Position numbers and translations under genes: made by a program | The notes under the pieces: generated by a model | What the model was told of the DNA's origin: nothing | The model's input: only the letters and a program-made list of their open reading frames with translations | Databases searched by the model: none | Shown: piece by piece, positions 47,687-57,195 of the stretch | Position numbering within the stretch: position 1 is the first letter of the stretch | Layout: each line of letters begins with the position of its first letter | IMG/VR virus record: IMGVR_UViG_3300048577_000448 | Location: 1 to 57,504 of that record | Source: a virus | Lineage: Duplodnaviria; Caudoviricetes | Strand: one strand, 5' to 3' | DNA: 57,504 bases

Positions 47687-49450
47687 ATGAGCAACTTCGC
47701 CAATCAAGCCAATGACGGTCTCATGTCCTTCTTGTCCGTTTTCAATACGCTTTCCAAGCGAGACATGGATAGACAAGAGCTTGAGCAGGCCAAGGCGATT
47801 AATCAAGCCCGCCTTGACCAGATGGCCTACGAGCGCCAGCGCCAAGAAAAATCCGACTGGCAGCAGTCCTACGACAAGGGCATGGACGAACTCGCCAACG
47901 CTGCGCTGTTGAAATACGCAAGCGGACAGCAGCCCGACGTGGATCAGTCCGTTTTGCGCAGGATTGATCCGTCAAAGATCATGGCCGTCGATGAGATGCG
48001 CCGTAAACGTGTTTTCGAGGACAGCGTTTTCGGAGGCGGACAATCGCCTGGGCTTATGGGTGGCCCGGTCAAAACGAGCCAGGCCCCAACCTCTCCGACG
48101 ATCTCACCGTCTGCTGCGACTGCTCCTGCTGGACAGGTCAAGGATCTCGTTGACTACTGGTCGCGTTGGCACGGGATGAACCCTGCCGACGTTTACCCGG
48201 TGGCGCAAGTGGAAAGCGGTTTCCAGCAGACGGACCCCAAAACCGGTAAAATCTTGACCAGTTCTGCCGGTGCGCTGGGGGCCATGCAGCTTATGCCCGG
48301 AACGGCCAAGGATATGGGCGTCAATCCTGCCGACGTTTCCGATAACGTCAACGGTGGCGTCAAATATCTCAAGCAAATGAGCGACAGGTTTGGCGGCGAC
48401 CTGAACAAGGCCTACCGAGCCTACAACGGCGGACCTGGCGGCGTGGACAGCCCGGCCACAGCTCCTTACGCCGACAAGGTTATGGCCCTTCGCGGGCAGC
48501 AAGTGGCCCAGGCCGGCCAGACGACGGTTTCCGATGCTTCCGGGAAGCCTCCTGCGGCCCAGGCGCAGCCAGGGTATGGTGGCCGCCTTCAGGATCTTAT
48601 CAAACTACCCCCGGAGCAATTTGCCAAGGTTTTGGTGGCAGCTCCTAAAGAGTACCGTGATACGCTGACGACCATGTACAAAATGGCCAATCCCGAATCT
48701 ACGGCGCTCAAAGAGTTTGACGCCTATACGGGAATGGACCCGCAAAAACAGGAAGAGTTCGCAAAGTTTAAGCGCCTGTCCAAGCCCGAAACGAACGTCA
48801 ATATCGATGGCGGCAAGAAGTTCCAGCAGACACTTGGTGAACTTTGGGCAAAAGACTACCAGAAGATGTTTGACGACGCCTCCGGGGCGCAGAGCGTGCG
48901 CGACAACGTTCAGGCGGCCAAGCAACTGTTCGCAGGCGGTCTTCAGACCGGCGCGCTTGAGCCGGCGAAAGCCCAAGTCTCGGCGCTGGCGCAGTCTATT
49001 GGCGTTGACCCCAACAAGCTCGGACTTCCCGACGCCTCAGACGCGCAGAAATTCAACGCTGTCGTAATGAAGAACCTGCTTGCCGAGTTGGTGGCGCAGA
49101 AGGGTCCGCAGACCGAGGGCGACGCCTCCAGGGCGCTCAAGACGTTCGCGCAGCTTGGGAACACGCCAGAGGCCAACCAGTTCGCTTTGGACTACGCCGA
49201 TGCGGTGGCGCAACGAAAGCAGGACATGGCGAACTACGTGTATCAGGTTGGACGTGAAAACTACGAAGGAGATTCGTTTAAGGCCAAGTCCGACTGGCAA
49301 AAGAAGATCAACGGAACGCCGCTTTTCGCTACCAGCCCCAACACAGGCAAGCCAGTCACGTACTATCAGTACAAGGAAAGCGCCCTAGCCAACGGAGTGG
49401 CCGCTGACCAGATCGATAACGCCTGGAAAGACTTTGTGGGGAAAAAGTAA
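47687..49450 (+). CDS. Ejection protein with a lytic transglycosylase (SLT) domain
   Basis: VESG, GAMQLMPGTA, AYNGGPG. Confidence 0.85.
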   Translation: MSNFANQANDGLMSFLSVFNTLSKRDMDRQELEQAKAINQARLDQMAYERQRQEKSDWQQSYDKGMDELANAALLKYASGQQPDVDQSVLRRIDPSKIMAVDEMRRKRVFEDSVFGGGQSPGLMGGPVKTSQAPTSPTISPSAATAPAGQVKDLVDYWSRWHGMNPADVYPVAQVESGFQQTDPKTGKILTSSAGALGAMQLMPGTAKDMGVNPADVSDNVNGGVKYLKQMSDRFGGDLNKAYRAYNGGPGGVDSPATAPYADKVMALRGQQVAQAGQTTVSDASGKPPAAQAQPGYGGRLQDLIKLPPEQFAKVLVAAPKEYRDTLTTMYKMANPESTALKEFDAYTGMDPQKQEEFAKFKRLSKPETNVNIDGGKKFQQTLGELWAKDYQKMFDDASGAQSVRDNVQAAKQLFAGGLQTGALEPAKAQVSALAQSIGVDPNKLGLPDASDAQKFNAVVMKNLLAELVAQKGPQTEGDASRALKTFAQLGNTPEANQFALDYADAVAQRKQDMANYVYQVGRENYEGDSFKAKSDWQKKINGTPLFATSPNTGKPVTYYQYKESALANGVAADQIDNAWKDFVGKK

Positions 49451-50856
49451 TGGAATTTGACCAACGGTTGCTTGACCCTACCGTACCCAAGGACTCTCAG
49501 CCGCAATCTGACCAGTTGCCGGCATGGGCTGGTGGTTTTGACCAGGGATCTATTGACCCGACCGTCAAGAAGGCGACCCAACCTGAGCAACAGCAAGAAC
49601 AACCGCCCATGTCTTGGCAGGACGCGGCGTGGCAGGCCCTACGGAACACGCCCAAAAGCGCCGTCATGTACGGAAAAAGCCTCGTCGATCCGGTGTTACA
49701 TCCGGTCGATACGGCCAAGGCCGTTGGAAATGTCGCTGTCGGCGCAGCCCAATCTGCGACAGGTTCCACGCTGGGCATGGACGACAAGACAGCTTTTGCC
49801 CAGGCCATCGGTGATTATTACAAAAATCGCTATGGCGGAATGGAGAACATCAAAAAGACCGTGTCGGAAGACCCGGTTAGTGTGGCCGGCGATATTGCGG
49901 CCGTCCTTTCGTTGGGCGGAGGGGCACTGTCAAAGGCCGGGAAGTTGTCCGACATTACATCCGCTGCAAGGGCCGGTGGCCTTATGAGCCAGGCCGCGAC
50001 GTGGATTGACCCCATGACTATGGCCGTGCGCCCAATTGCCGCGACTGGATTGCCAGAAAAGCTGTATGGTGCGGCACTCAAGCCGTCTACGACGCTCTCG
50101 CCGGAAGAGCGGGCGGCCGTCATTTCGGCGGGAATGGGCGAGAAAATCCCGGTCAGCTACGGCGGGGCGTTGAAAAATGGAGACATACGACGGGATCTTG
50201 CCGGCCAGCTTGAGAAAGCGCTGACATCTGCCAACACGCCGATGATTGATCCTTTAGCTGCCGCCGATAGGATGCGCGGGACGGTCCAGGACGCCCTTAC
50301 GTCTTACAACCCGACGGTGAACCTCAAGAAGGTGTCGGACGTCCGTGACAACTTTTTGACCGACCCGCTCATCCCTGACCTGCTCACCCCGAAGCAGGCC
50401 AATGAAATGAAACAGGGCATCTATCGGGAGGTAGAAAGCGCCTATGGGAATATGCGGGCTCCATTCGCATCCCAGGCCAAGAAGGACTTAGCTCGTGGTC
50501 TTAAAGAAGAGGTGAACGCTGCCGTCCCTGAGGTAGCTCCAATCAATGACCGCCTGTCCACACTGATCCAACTAGCGGAACAACTTGATCCGGCAGCGAA
50601 CCGTGTGGCGAACAGGAACCCCATAGGCCTGACTGCCACTACCGCCGCAGCCGCTGGCGCTCCTGTTGGTCGTCCACTTTCGTCTGGAGCTCTTGGTGTT
50701 TTACTTTCTTCCCCGTGGTGGGGATCACGGGCGTCTATGCTTCTGGATAATGTCCGGAATGGAATTGTTGGGCCAAATATCAACGGGTATGGCTTTGACC
50801 CTGCCGTTCGTGGTCTTATGAGCGGGTCCGATGTCGCTTACGATCAACGCCAATAA
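49450..50856 (+). CDS. Internal virion / DNA transfer protein
   Basis: 468 aa, Ala/Gly-rich helical; third gene of the ejection cluster. Confidence 0.65.
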   Translation: MEFDQRLLDPTVPKDSQPQSDQLPAWAGGFDQGSIDPTVKKATQPEQQQEQPPMSWQDAAWQALRNTPKSAVMYGKSLVDPVLHPVDTAKAVGNVAVGAAQSATGSTLGMDDKTAFAQAIGDYYKNRYGGMENIKKTVSEDPVSVAGDIAAVLSLGGGALSKAGKLSDITSAARAGGLMSQAATWIDPMTMAVRPIAATGLPEKLYGAALKPSTTLSPEERAAVISAGMGEKIPVSYGGALKNGDIRRDLAGQLEKALTSANTPMIDPLAAADRMRGTVQDALTSYNPTVNLKKVSDVRDNFLTDPLIPDLLTPKQANEMKQGIYREVESAYGNMRAPFASQAKKDLARGLKEEVNAAVPEVAPINDRLSTLIQLAEQLDPAANRVANRNPIGLTATTAAAAGAPVGRPLSSGALGVLLSSPWWGSRASMLLDNVRNGIVGPNINGYGFDPAVRGLMSGSDVAYDQRQ

Positions 50857-50886
50857 AAAAAGGGCCGTCCAGATGGGCGGCCCTTG
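50856..50886. terminator. Terminator between convergent genes
   Basis: AAAAAAGGGCCGTCC-AGAT-GGGCGGCCCTT. Confidence 0.75.
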
Positions 50887-50898
50887 TCGTTTTAGCGC

Positions 50899-51828
50899 TT
50901 AAACGCTAAGCGTTTTCCATCCGTCGATAACCCTCCCGACATTGACCATGACCAAAAAGTCACGCTCAAACGACGATTCAACCCGGCCAATGATTTTGCG
51001 AAGCATTTCCACAAACTCGGTGTGAAGGCTTCGTTGTCCTGGATAGTCGTGACCATCATAATGTATGGCATCAAGCTTGCTGTGCATTTTTTCCCTGACT
51101 GCCTTGAGCCTGTTGTCGATCTCCATGATTTCCATGGTCGTGTCGTCCATGTAGATCTTCCAGGCCGGCGTAGGGGGTACCGTCCTGTCGTCCTTCATCG
51201 GCAGATCCGGCGCGTCCACACTGCGAATCTGCATAGCGATCACGTAGTCCCGGGCCTCCCCAAACTGGCCGACGGGAAGCTCCGAGTATCGAGGGATCTT
51301 GAACTTGCGCTGAAGCCGCGTCCAAATTTGCGAGAACACCTTGGGTTTCGCGGAGTCAGGGAAGGCCGACACCTTCGCCTGGACGAGTTCCTTGATTTCT
51401 TGTTGCATGGCGGCCGAAATGGGGCCGTCTAGGACCGGGCCGGTGGGAATTCTTCCCGAAAGCTCGGCCTCCATGGCATTGAAAGCCTGGATGTAGGCAA
51501 TCTTCCACTTGATGGCCTTTGGTCCGGTGAAGCCCATGGCTACGATCACGAAGCCGTCTCGGGTGAGGAGGTAGGCTGGGAGTCTTCGCCCGGTCGAGTC
51601 GGTGTATTCACTGCGCTCAAAATTGAGCGCACCGAACGATTCCGGTGAGTTGCGAACGATGGCCTCGATGGACCTGATGACGTTATTGTGCTGACGCCCG
51701 AAGTGGTCGGCCACTTGACGGGACGACACCATAGGCCGGCCATTAAGCATTTGAAGGACAGGGCCAACCGGGGAGGACTGATTGGCGTTGATGCTGACGA
51801 CGTTATCGGTTAATTTGGTCTGAGCCAT
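50899..51828 (-). CDS. Rha-family antirepressor / regulatory protein
   Basis: VSSRQVADHFGRQH.NVIRSI, LTRDGF...AMGFTG.KA.KWK.AYI.AFNAME; second ant-like domain. Confidence 0.9.
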   Translation of the reverse strand: MAQTKLTDNVVSINANQSSPVGPVLQMLNGRPMVSSRQVADHFGRQHNNVIRSIEAIVRNSPESFGALNFERSEYTDSTGRRLPAYLLTRDGFVIVAMGFTGPKAIKWKIAYIQAFNAMEAELSGRIPTGPVLDGPISAAMQQEIKELVQAKVSAFPDSAKPKVFSQIWTRLQRKFKIPRYSELPVGQFGEARDYVIAMQIRSVDAPDLPMKDDRTVPPTPAWKIYMDDTTMEIMEIDNRLKAVREKMHSKLDAIHYDGHDYPGQRSLHTEFVEMLRKIIGRVESSFERDFLVMVNVGRVIDGWKTLSV

Positions 51829-51902
51829 GGATTCCTCCGCTTTAGGAACCAGGGTTAGGCCTCGGCCTGGGTGTTACCAGCACCCGGTCGAGGCTGTTTT
51901 TT

Positions 51903-52067
51903 TTAAGACGACTCCGATTCTCTTTTTGCCATCCTGGCCTCCATGCACTCCATAAAGACAGCCTTGATCGTCTTCCCTTCGTCAACCAGAAAATGCTTGA
52001 GACGACGATGGAAGTCCTTGTCGACCTGAATGGTCACGGTGGTGAGTTTAGGTTTCGTCTTTTCCAT
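51903..52067 (-). CDS. Ribbon-helix-helix (Arc/Mnt-like) regulator, 54 aa
   Basis: MEKTKPKLTTVTIQVDKDFHRRLK...GKTIKAVF; below the ORF-track cutoff; TTGACA box upstream. Confidence 0.7.
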   Translation of the reverse strand: MEKTKPKLTTVTIQVDKDFHRRLKHFLVDEGKTIKAVFMECMEARMAKRESESS

Positions 52068-52148
52068 AAGCACTCAATTAAGTGTGCCATTAAAAAATGT
52101 CAACACCGACCCACAAAAAAGCCCCCCGGTTTCCCGAGGGGCGGCTGC

Positions 52149-52796
52149 TTAAAATGTCGTGCAATCAATTTTATCGCCATTTTTTCGGCACGTTGTCTGC
52201 CTTGGCTGATTGGCTTGTCGGTTCGCCTGCCTTATGGCTTCTTGCTGCTGCATAGCCTGTCCGGCGCTTTGAAGCGCAGCACCGAAAGCCGCCGCTGCCT
52301 GTTGGGACTTTATCCTCTCCTGTTCTTCGTAGTCTCGTTTTTTAGCCAGCGAAGACTCTTTTGCAGAGTCCAAGGCCCTGTTCATTGTGTCTATGTAAGT
52401 CTGAAAATTAAGCTGGCATTTATAAAGCCTGGACAAGTTATAGTCTTCTATGTTCAAAAACGACATTACTTCAGATGAATCATAGAAACTGAATTGATTT
52501 GCTAGGCTGTAATATCTGGACTTTGCAACTAAAATTTTCTCCCTCAATACGTTTATTGCTTGTTTTTCAGTGTCATCAGGGCATGATTCTCCGACAGTTG
52601 TCGATACTATCCCTCTGTTGCCGAAGAATGGAACCTTTCCCCTTATCGGGTCAAGCCTCTTGTCTGAAAATTCTGTCGCCATCAATTGCTCTGTTTGCGC
52701 GACTTCTTTTCTTACAGCCGCCTGTTGCGCCGCTCCGCACCCGAACAACCCCAATGCCGTCACCATCAACGCTGCCGCCAGCATAGCCCGCACCAT
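52149..52796 (-). CDS. Lipoprotein moron (superinfection-exclusion candidate)
   Basis: Signal peptide with LFGC lipobox, AT-richer body. Confidence 0.65.
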   Translation of the reverse strand: MVRAMLAAALMVTALGLFGCGAAQQAAVRKEVAQTEQLMATEFSDKRLDPIRGKVPFFGNRGIVSTTVGESCPDDTEKQAINVLREKILVAKSRYYSLANQFSFYDSSEVMSFLNIEDYNLSRLYKCQLNFQTYIDTMNRALDSAKESSLAKKRDYEEQERIKSQQAAAAFGAALQSAGQAMQQQEAIRQANRQANQPRQTTCRKNGDKIDCTTF

Positions 52797-52983
52797 GATC
52801 GCCTCCAGTTTTGCACTACATGGGGCGTGTCACTCGATATGTCAATTGCCGATGAAAATTTTGACTACCCTATGCAACGCAGTTGCATTTTGTTTAAGGA
52901 CGTGGCATCGTCATCGCGTCCGCTACGGTGCGGATTGTTCTATGTCCCGCCAGAATGGCAGGGCACAAGCACAAGGACGTGCG

Positions 52984-53421
52984 ATGCGTAAACTGATTCC
53001 ACCTGCTATCTATGCCATATCGGCCGTTATGGTCGTTATACTCTGCGCTCCATGTGCTTTCTGCGAAGACCTGCCAGCCACGGTTATCAAGGTTCTCGAC
53101 GGCGACACCATCAAGGTTTCGTTGTATGGCCCTATGCCCGAGCTTTTCCGTACGCAATCTGTGCGCCTGCGAGGGTGCGATACGCCCGAGAAAAATGACA
53201 AGCGCCCCGAGGTTGCGGCTCTCGCCAGAATGGCAACCGACTTCACGACTTCGCGTTTCTCGCCCGGCGATTCCATCATGCTTTACGACGTTGATAACGA
53301 CAAATACGGCGGCCGGATCTTGGCCCATGTGTTTGTGGGCGGGCAAGACTTGTGCGACTCGCTCATGAGTCACGATCCGCCACTAGCCAAGCCATATCAA
53401 GGCGGCCACAAGGAATGGTAG
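52984..53421 (+). CDS. Thermonuclease (SNase) family protein with a signal peptide
   Basis: VLDGDTI, VRLRGCDTPE, DKYGGRILA. Confidence 0.88.
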   Translation: MRKLIPPAIYAISAVMVVILCAPCAFCEDLPATVIKVLDGDTIKVSLYGPMPELFRTQSVRLRGCDTPEKNDKRPEVAALARMATDFTTSRFSPGDSIMLYDVDNDKYGGRILAHVFVGGQDLCDSLMSHDPPLAKPYQGGHKEW

Positions 53422-53474
53422 CCGCCTAGTCACTTCCCCCAGCCAGGACGGCAGGGGCCACACGCCAGGAGGGC
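53401..53474 (+). promoter_or_regulatory. GGA-loop hairpin leader (collar fibre), three hairpins
   Basis: GGCGGC..AAGGAA..GCCGCC; GCC-AGGAC-GGC; GCC-AGGAG-GGC. Confidence 0.7.
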
Positions 53475-53477
53475 AAC

Positions 53478-54194
53478 GTGGCATACACCCGAGAGACAAC
53501 GGTCAACGCTGGACCCCAGCAAGACAATGTCAAGACCGGCATCTTAAAGCTCGACCAAGACCTTACAAACGCCTATGTCGGTCTTAACGATCTACTTGAA
53601 CAAATTTCAGGAAAGATCAACGTCAGCGAAAAAGGGCTTGCTAATGGTCTGTGTCCGCTAAATTCGTCCAGTAAAGTTGATTCAGGCTACCTTCCGTCTA
53701 TCCCGTCAAATCTTCTCCCGACCACCGTTATGCTGATGGTTCCCATCGGCGGAATGATTCTGTGGGCCACGGATACTGCTCCTGCCAACTACCTCCCCTG
53801 CGAGGGCGGCGAGTACAGCACGACTGAATATGCTGCGCTATACGCTGTCATTGGTACTAGGTACGGAGCCGGCGACGGGACGTTCAAGGTTCCAGACTTC
53901 CGTGGTCTGTTTGTCCGTGGCTGGTCCCACGCGTCAAACGTTGACCCTGATGCCGGGAGTCGTACGGACCGTGGCGATGGGACAACCGGCGACAATATCG
54001 GCACGAAGCAAGGGACTCAGAACCTTGCACATACTCACACAACGCAAATAGCTCACAGCCAGATGCAATCTGGCGGGTCTTATGTCCTGTCGCCTACGGG
54101 AAGCGGACCATTCCCTTACACGTCAAACGAATCTGGCGGGAGCGAATCAAGACCAAAGAACATCTCTATGCTCTACATCATCAGGTATCAATAG
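53478..54194 (+). CDS. Tail fibre protein with a phage tail-collar domain
   Basis: PIGGMILW, YAALYAVIGTRYG, FKVPDFRGLFVRGW, ESRPKN...YIIRY. Confidence 0.88.
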   Translation: MAYTRETTVNAGPQQDNVKTGILKLDQDLTNAYVGLNDLLEQISGKINVSEKGLANGLCPLNSSSKVDSGYLPSIPSNLLPTTVMLMVPIGGMILWATDTAPANYLPCEGGEYSTTEYAALYAVIGTRYGAGDGTFKVPDFRGLFVRGWSHASNVDPDAGSRTDRGDGTTGDNIGTKQGTQNLAHTHTTQIAHSQMQSGGSYVLSPTGSGPFPYTSNESGGSESRPKNISMLYIIRYQ

Positions 54195-54203
54195 GAGGCC
54201 ACA

Positions 54204-54590
54204 ATGAGCGCCAGGGACCAGAGGGCCAAAGTTGATATCAAGATTTACGAGAACGGATCGTACAGGAAGACTTTTCAGTGGAAGGTTTCTGGAGTTCCGG
54301 TCGACATTACCGGCTATTCAGGACTCATGCAGATCAGGGAGAAGCTCACATCTTCATCTCCAATTCTGACACTGACAACCGCCAACGGTGGCGTAACCAT
54401 CGTCGACTCTACTAATGGAATATTTGCGATAACCATAAAAGACGAAGTCTCTGCGTCCATATGCGCTGAGCACAAGGACATTAAAGGCGTCTACGACCTG
54501 AAGCTTTCTGGTCCAGACCAGCCGACAGACGACGGGACAATGCTCCTTTATGGGGAGTGCTACATCGTCGCCGCCGTGAGCAGGAGCTAG
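54204..54590 (+). CDS. Tail fibre adaptor-like protein
   Basis: PVDITGYSGLMQIR, LTTANGG, GVYDL. Confidence 0.6.
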   Translation: MSARDQRAKVDIKIYENGSYRKTFQWKVSGVPVDITGYSGLMQIREKLTSSSPILTLTTANGGVTIVDSTNGIFAITIKDEVSASICAEHKDIKGVYDLKLSGPDQPTDDGTMLLYGECYIVAAVSRS

Positions 54591-54594
54591 AGAT

Positions 54595-56274
54595 ATGGAC
54601 GTTACCGTTGTCGAGACGTCGCCACTTGTCACTACCGTAATTGACGGAGCAGGGGCAGAGGCAGCCGAATCCTTCGCGTCGCAAGCAAAGGCTTATGCAG
54701 ATAGTGCCGCAGAATCCCTTGCCTCTGGGAGCACGTTATTTGCTCCGCTGTCCAAGGGCGTTACTAACGGAGACAACCACGATCATGCTGGCGGTGATGG
54801 TGGGACAATTTCCTACTCGTCTCTTACCGGAACGCCGTCGATCCCCACGGCCGGAGATTCCGAGCCTGGGTCCGTTTCGTCTTCAACGTCCGGGTCGGCC
54901 GGCTCATTGTCGACGTTTTCCAGGTCTGACCATAGCCATGATCTCGGGGCGCACGCCCACACTGGATCGACTGACGGCGGACAAATCGCGCACTCGTCTT
55001 TGTCCGGGGTTGGCTCAAACACCCACGCGCAGATTGATACTTTCATCGATAGCAAGGCTGCCGCGTCTGGTTTGGCTTCGCTCAATTCGTCGTCTCTGGT
55101 CATCCAAAATCCTGCAAACGCCACGGCCACGCCTACGGCAGACAAAATTGTTGTCTCCGATACAGGTGGAAAGGTTGATGGCTGGGTGACTGACGCGTCA
55201 ATTAGCGCCAAAGGCAAGGTTCAACTGGCGACAACGACGGAAGCCCAAACGGGGACTGACTCGGGAAAGGCCGTCACCCCGGCTGGCCTTGCTGCTGGGG
55301 CCAAAGGCCTCATCTCGTCGTCCACCACCATCTACGTGGCAACAACCGGAAGCGACACTACGGGAACTGGACTGTTCGGAGCTCCCTACGCCACTATCTC
55401 CAAGGCTCTCTCCAGCATCGCCGGAAAGCTCATTGCCTCTGGTGTCGTCGTGACTGTCCAGGTGGCGGACGGGACGTACACCGTCAGCAGCTCCATCGTC
55501 ATTGACCACCCGGACGCGGACAAAATACGCCTCCTGGGGAACACCGGTTCCGAGACGGCGATAAACGTGGCGTCGATTGATACCGTAAATAAAAAATTCG
55601 TCGTTTCTGGGAACTACACGGCCACTGTCGGCCTTGCCAGTGGCGACAAGTTCACCGTCACCGGAAGCAGCACAGCCTCGTTGAACAGATCGTACACGAT
55701 CAACGGCACGCCCGTGTATACCGGTGGCAATACCGAGATCACGGTTTCCGAATCCATCGCTTCGGCTACCGTCGGCGGCGCTGTGATTACGGCCAAGCCC
55801 TGCAACAAGTGCGTGCTCTCCACATCCAGCAACATCGTCACGCTCAAGATCGCCAAGAATCTCAACCAGCTTGCCGGATTCCGGCTTAATGGCCCCGGTA
55901 TCGGCTCTGGTCAAGCCATCCAGCCGTGTGTCGGGGCGCAAACGCTCATCTACAGGATGATTGTTTCCGGCTACGGGTTTGGCCTGTCTTCCCTAACCAG
56001 CGCCTTCACCGACCTCCAGGACACGCTGTTCTATGGCTGCGGCTACGGGATCTTCACCCAAGGGTTCGCCAAGGTGTCGTGCAATGCCGGGACGAAGGTC
56101 GTGTGCGACGCCTGCAACTACGGAGTGACTGCAGTGGCTGGCGGGAAAAACATCGTCCCAACTGCGGTCATGACGATGGCAAATAGTGCCGTGGCCGACT
56201 ATTCCCCTGCGGCCACTGGCACAACGAACCAAACCATAAGCGGCGCTATGAACATCCCGTCAAGCACGTTGTAG
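54595..56274 (+). CDS. Tail fibre / spike protein
   Basis: Ser/Thr/Gly-rich, KGKVQLATTTE...KAVTP repeat, IYVATTGSD, C-terminal beta-helix-like region. Confidence 0.8.
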   Translation: MDVTVVETSPLVTTVIDGAGAEAAESFASQAKAYADSAAESLASGSTLFAPLSKGVTNGDNHDHAGGDGGTISYSSLTGTPSIPTAGDSEPGSVSSSTSGSAGSLSTFSRSDHSHDLGAHAHTGSTDGGQIAHSSLSGVGSNTHAQIDTFIDSKAAASGLASLNSSSLVIQNPANATATPTADKIVVSDTGGKVDGWVTDASISAKGKVQLATTTEAQTGTDSGKAVTPAGLAAGAKGLISSSTTIYVATTGSDTTGTGLFGAPYATISKALSSIAGKLIASGVVVTVQVADGTYTVSSSIVIDHPDADKIRLLGNTGSETAINVASIDTVNKKFVVSGNYTATVGLASGDKFTVTGSSTASLNRSYTINGTPVYTGGNTEITVSESIASATVGGAVITAKPCNKCVLSTSSNIVTLKIAKNLNQLAGFRLNGPGIGSGQAIQPCVGAQTLIYRMIVSGYGFGLSSLTSAFTDLQDTLFYGCGYGIFTQGFAKVSCNAGTKVVCDACNYGVTAVAGGKNIVPTAVMTMANSAVADYSPAATGTTNQTISGAMNIPSSTL

Positions 56275-56281
56275 GTACGAT

Positions 56282-56797
56282 ATGCAAATACTTTTAAGCC
56301 ACGACCTCAAGGTCATCAGCGCCCACGGCGATGGCGCAGTCGTCAACGCGCCCACCGGCTGCCTCATCCTCCCCGTCCCCGATGGCACGCCCGTGGAGAT
56401 CGGGCAGGCATGGGAGGTGACGGTGGATGAGGCTGTGGCGGCTCGCGTCAAAGAGGCTGCATCGGCGTGTTCGGCCGTCCTGGCCCCGTTGCGTGCACGA
56501 TTTTCCGATGGCGAGGAACTGACGTGGAAAGCACAACTCGACGAGGCGCGGGCCATTCTGGCCGATCCTGATTTGCCTGAATCGGATTACCCGACCATAG
56601 CGGGGATCATCGCCGAGACTCACGAGGACAAGGGTACTTTCGCCATGGCCGTGGTTGCCAACAACGAGGCGTGGACGGCTGCGACTGCTTCGGCCATCGG
56701 CCAGCGTCAGGCTATCGTGGCGAGGATCAAGGCATGCCAGACCGTGGCCGACGTGCTGGCCGCAGACATGACGATCACCCTGCCGACAGGGGGGTGA
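56282..56797 (+). CDS. Tail fibre assembly-type protein
   Basis: E..TW.AQ..EA motif, follows the fibre gene. Confidence 0.65.
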   Translation: MQILLSHDLKVISAHGDGAVVNAPTGCLILPVPDGTPVEIGQAWEVTVDEAVAARVKEAASACSAVLAPLRARFSDGEELTWKAQLDEARAILADPDLPESDYPTIAGIIAETHEDKGTFAMAVVANNEAWTAATASAIGQRQAIVARIKACQTVADVLAADMTITLPTGG

Positions 56798-56970
56798 TCA
56801 GCATGAGTAAGAAGCGCGGTGGCGGCTGCAAGTAGCCGTAAAAGAAAATGGCTAGACGCACCACCGCCTAGCCATTTCACGAAGAGCGTCGCTTAGGGAG
56901 CCTCTGACAGAACCCAAACCTCCGCTGTGTTAAATCTGTACTGAAACAGTGTTTGCTTGTCAAACGCAAA

Positions 56971-57005
56971 AACGCCCCGGCGGACGTGATGGCTGCCGGG
57001 GCGTT
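56971..57005. terminator. Terminator hairpin at the end of the late operon
   Basis: AAAAACGCCCCGGCGG...CTGCCGGGGCGTT. Confidence 0.65.
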
Positions 57006-57195
57006 GCTAATTTGAATCCGCATAACGCTGCGGCAGCGAGGCGTCTACGCCCATAACGCAGATTTCAGTGTGCGGCTTCTTTGGCGGGATGTCAAGTCCC
57101 GCCGAGCTACATGCAGCCCTTGGATTTCAGGCGTTCTAGTGATTGCTCAAGGCATTCAATCTGCTTATCTGTTCCGGGCAAAGGGCATCACCTCC

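Noticed and set aside
53478-57100. Diversity-generating retroelement or invertible tail-fibre cassette
   Set aside because: No reverse transcriptase, template/variable repeat pair or invertase found
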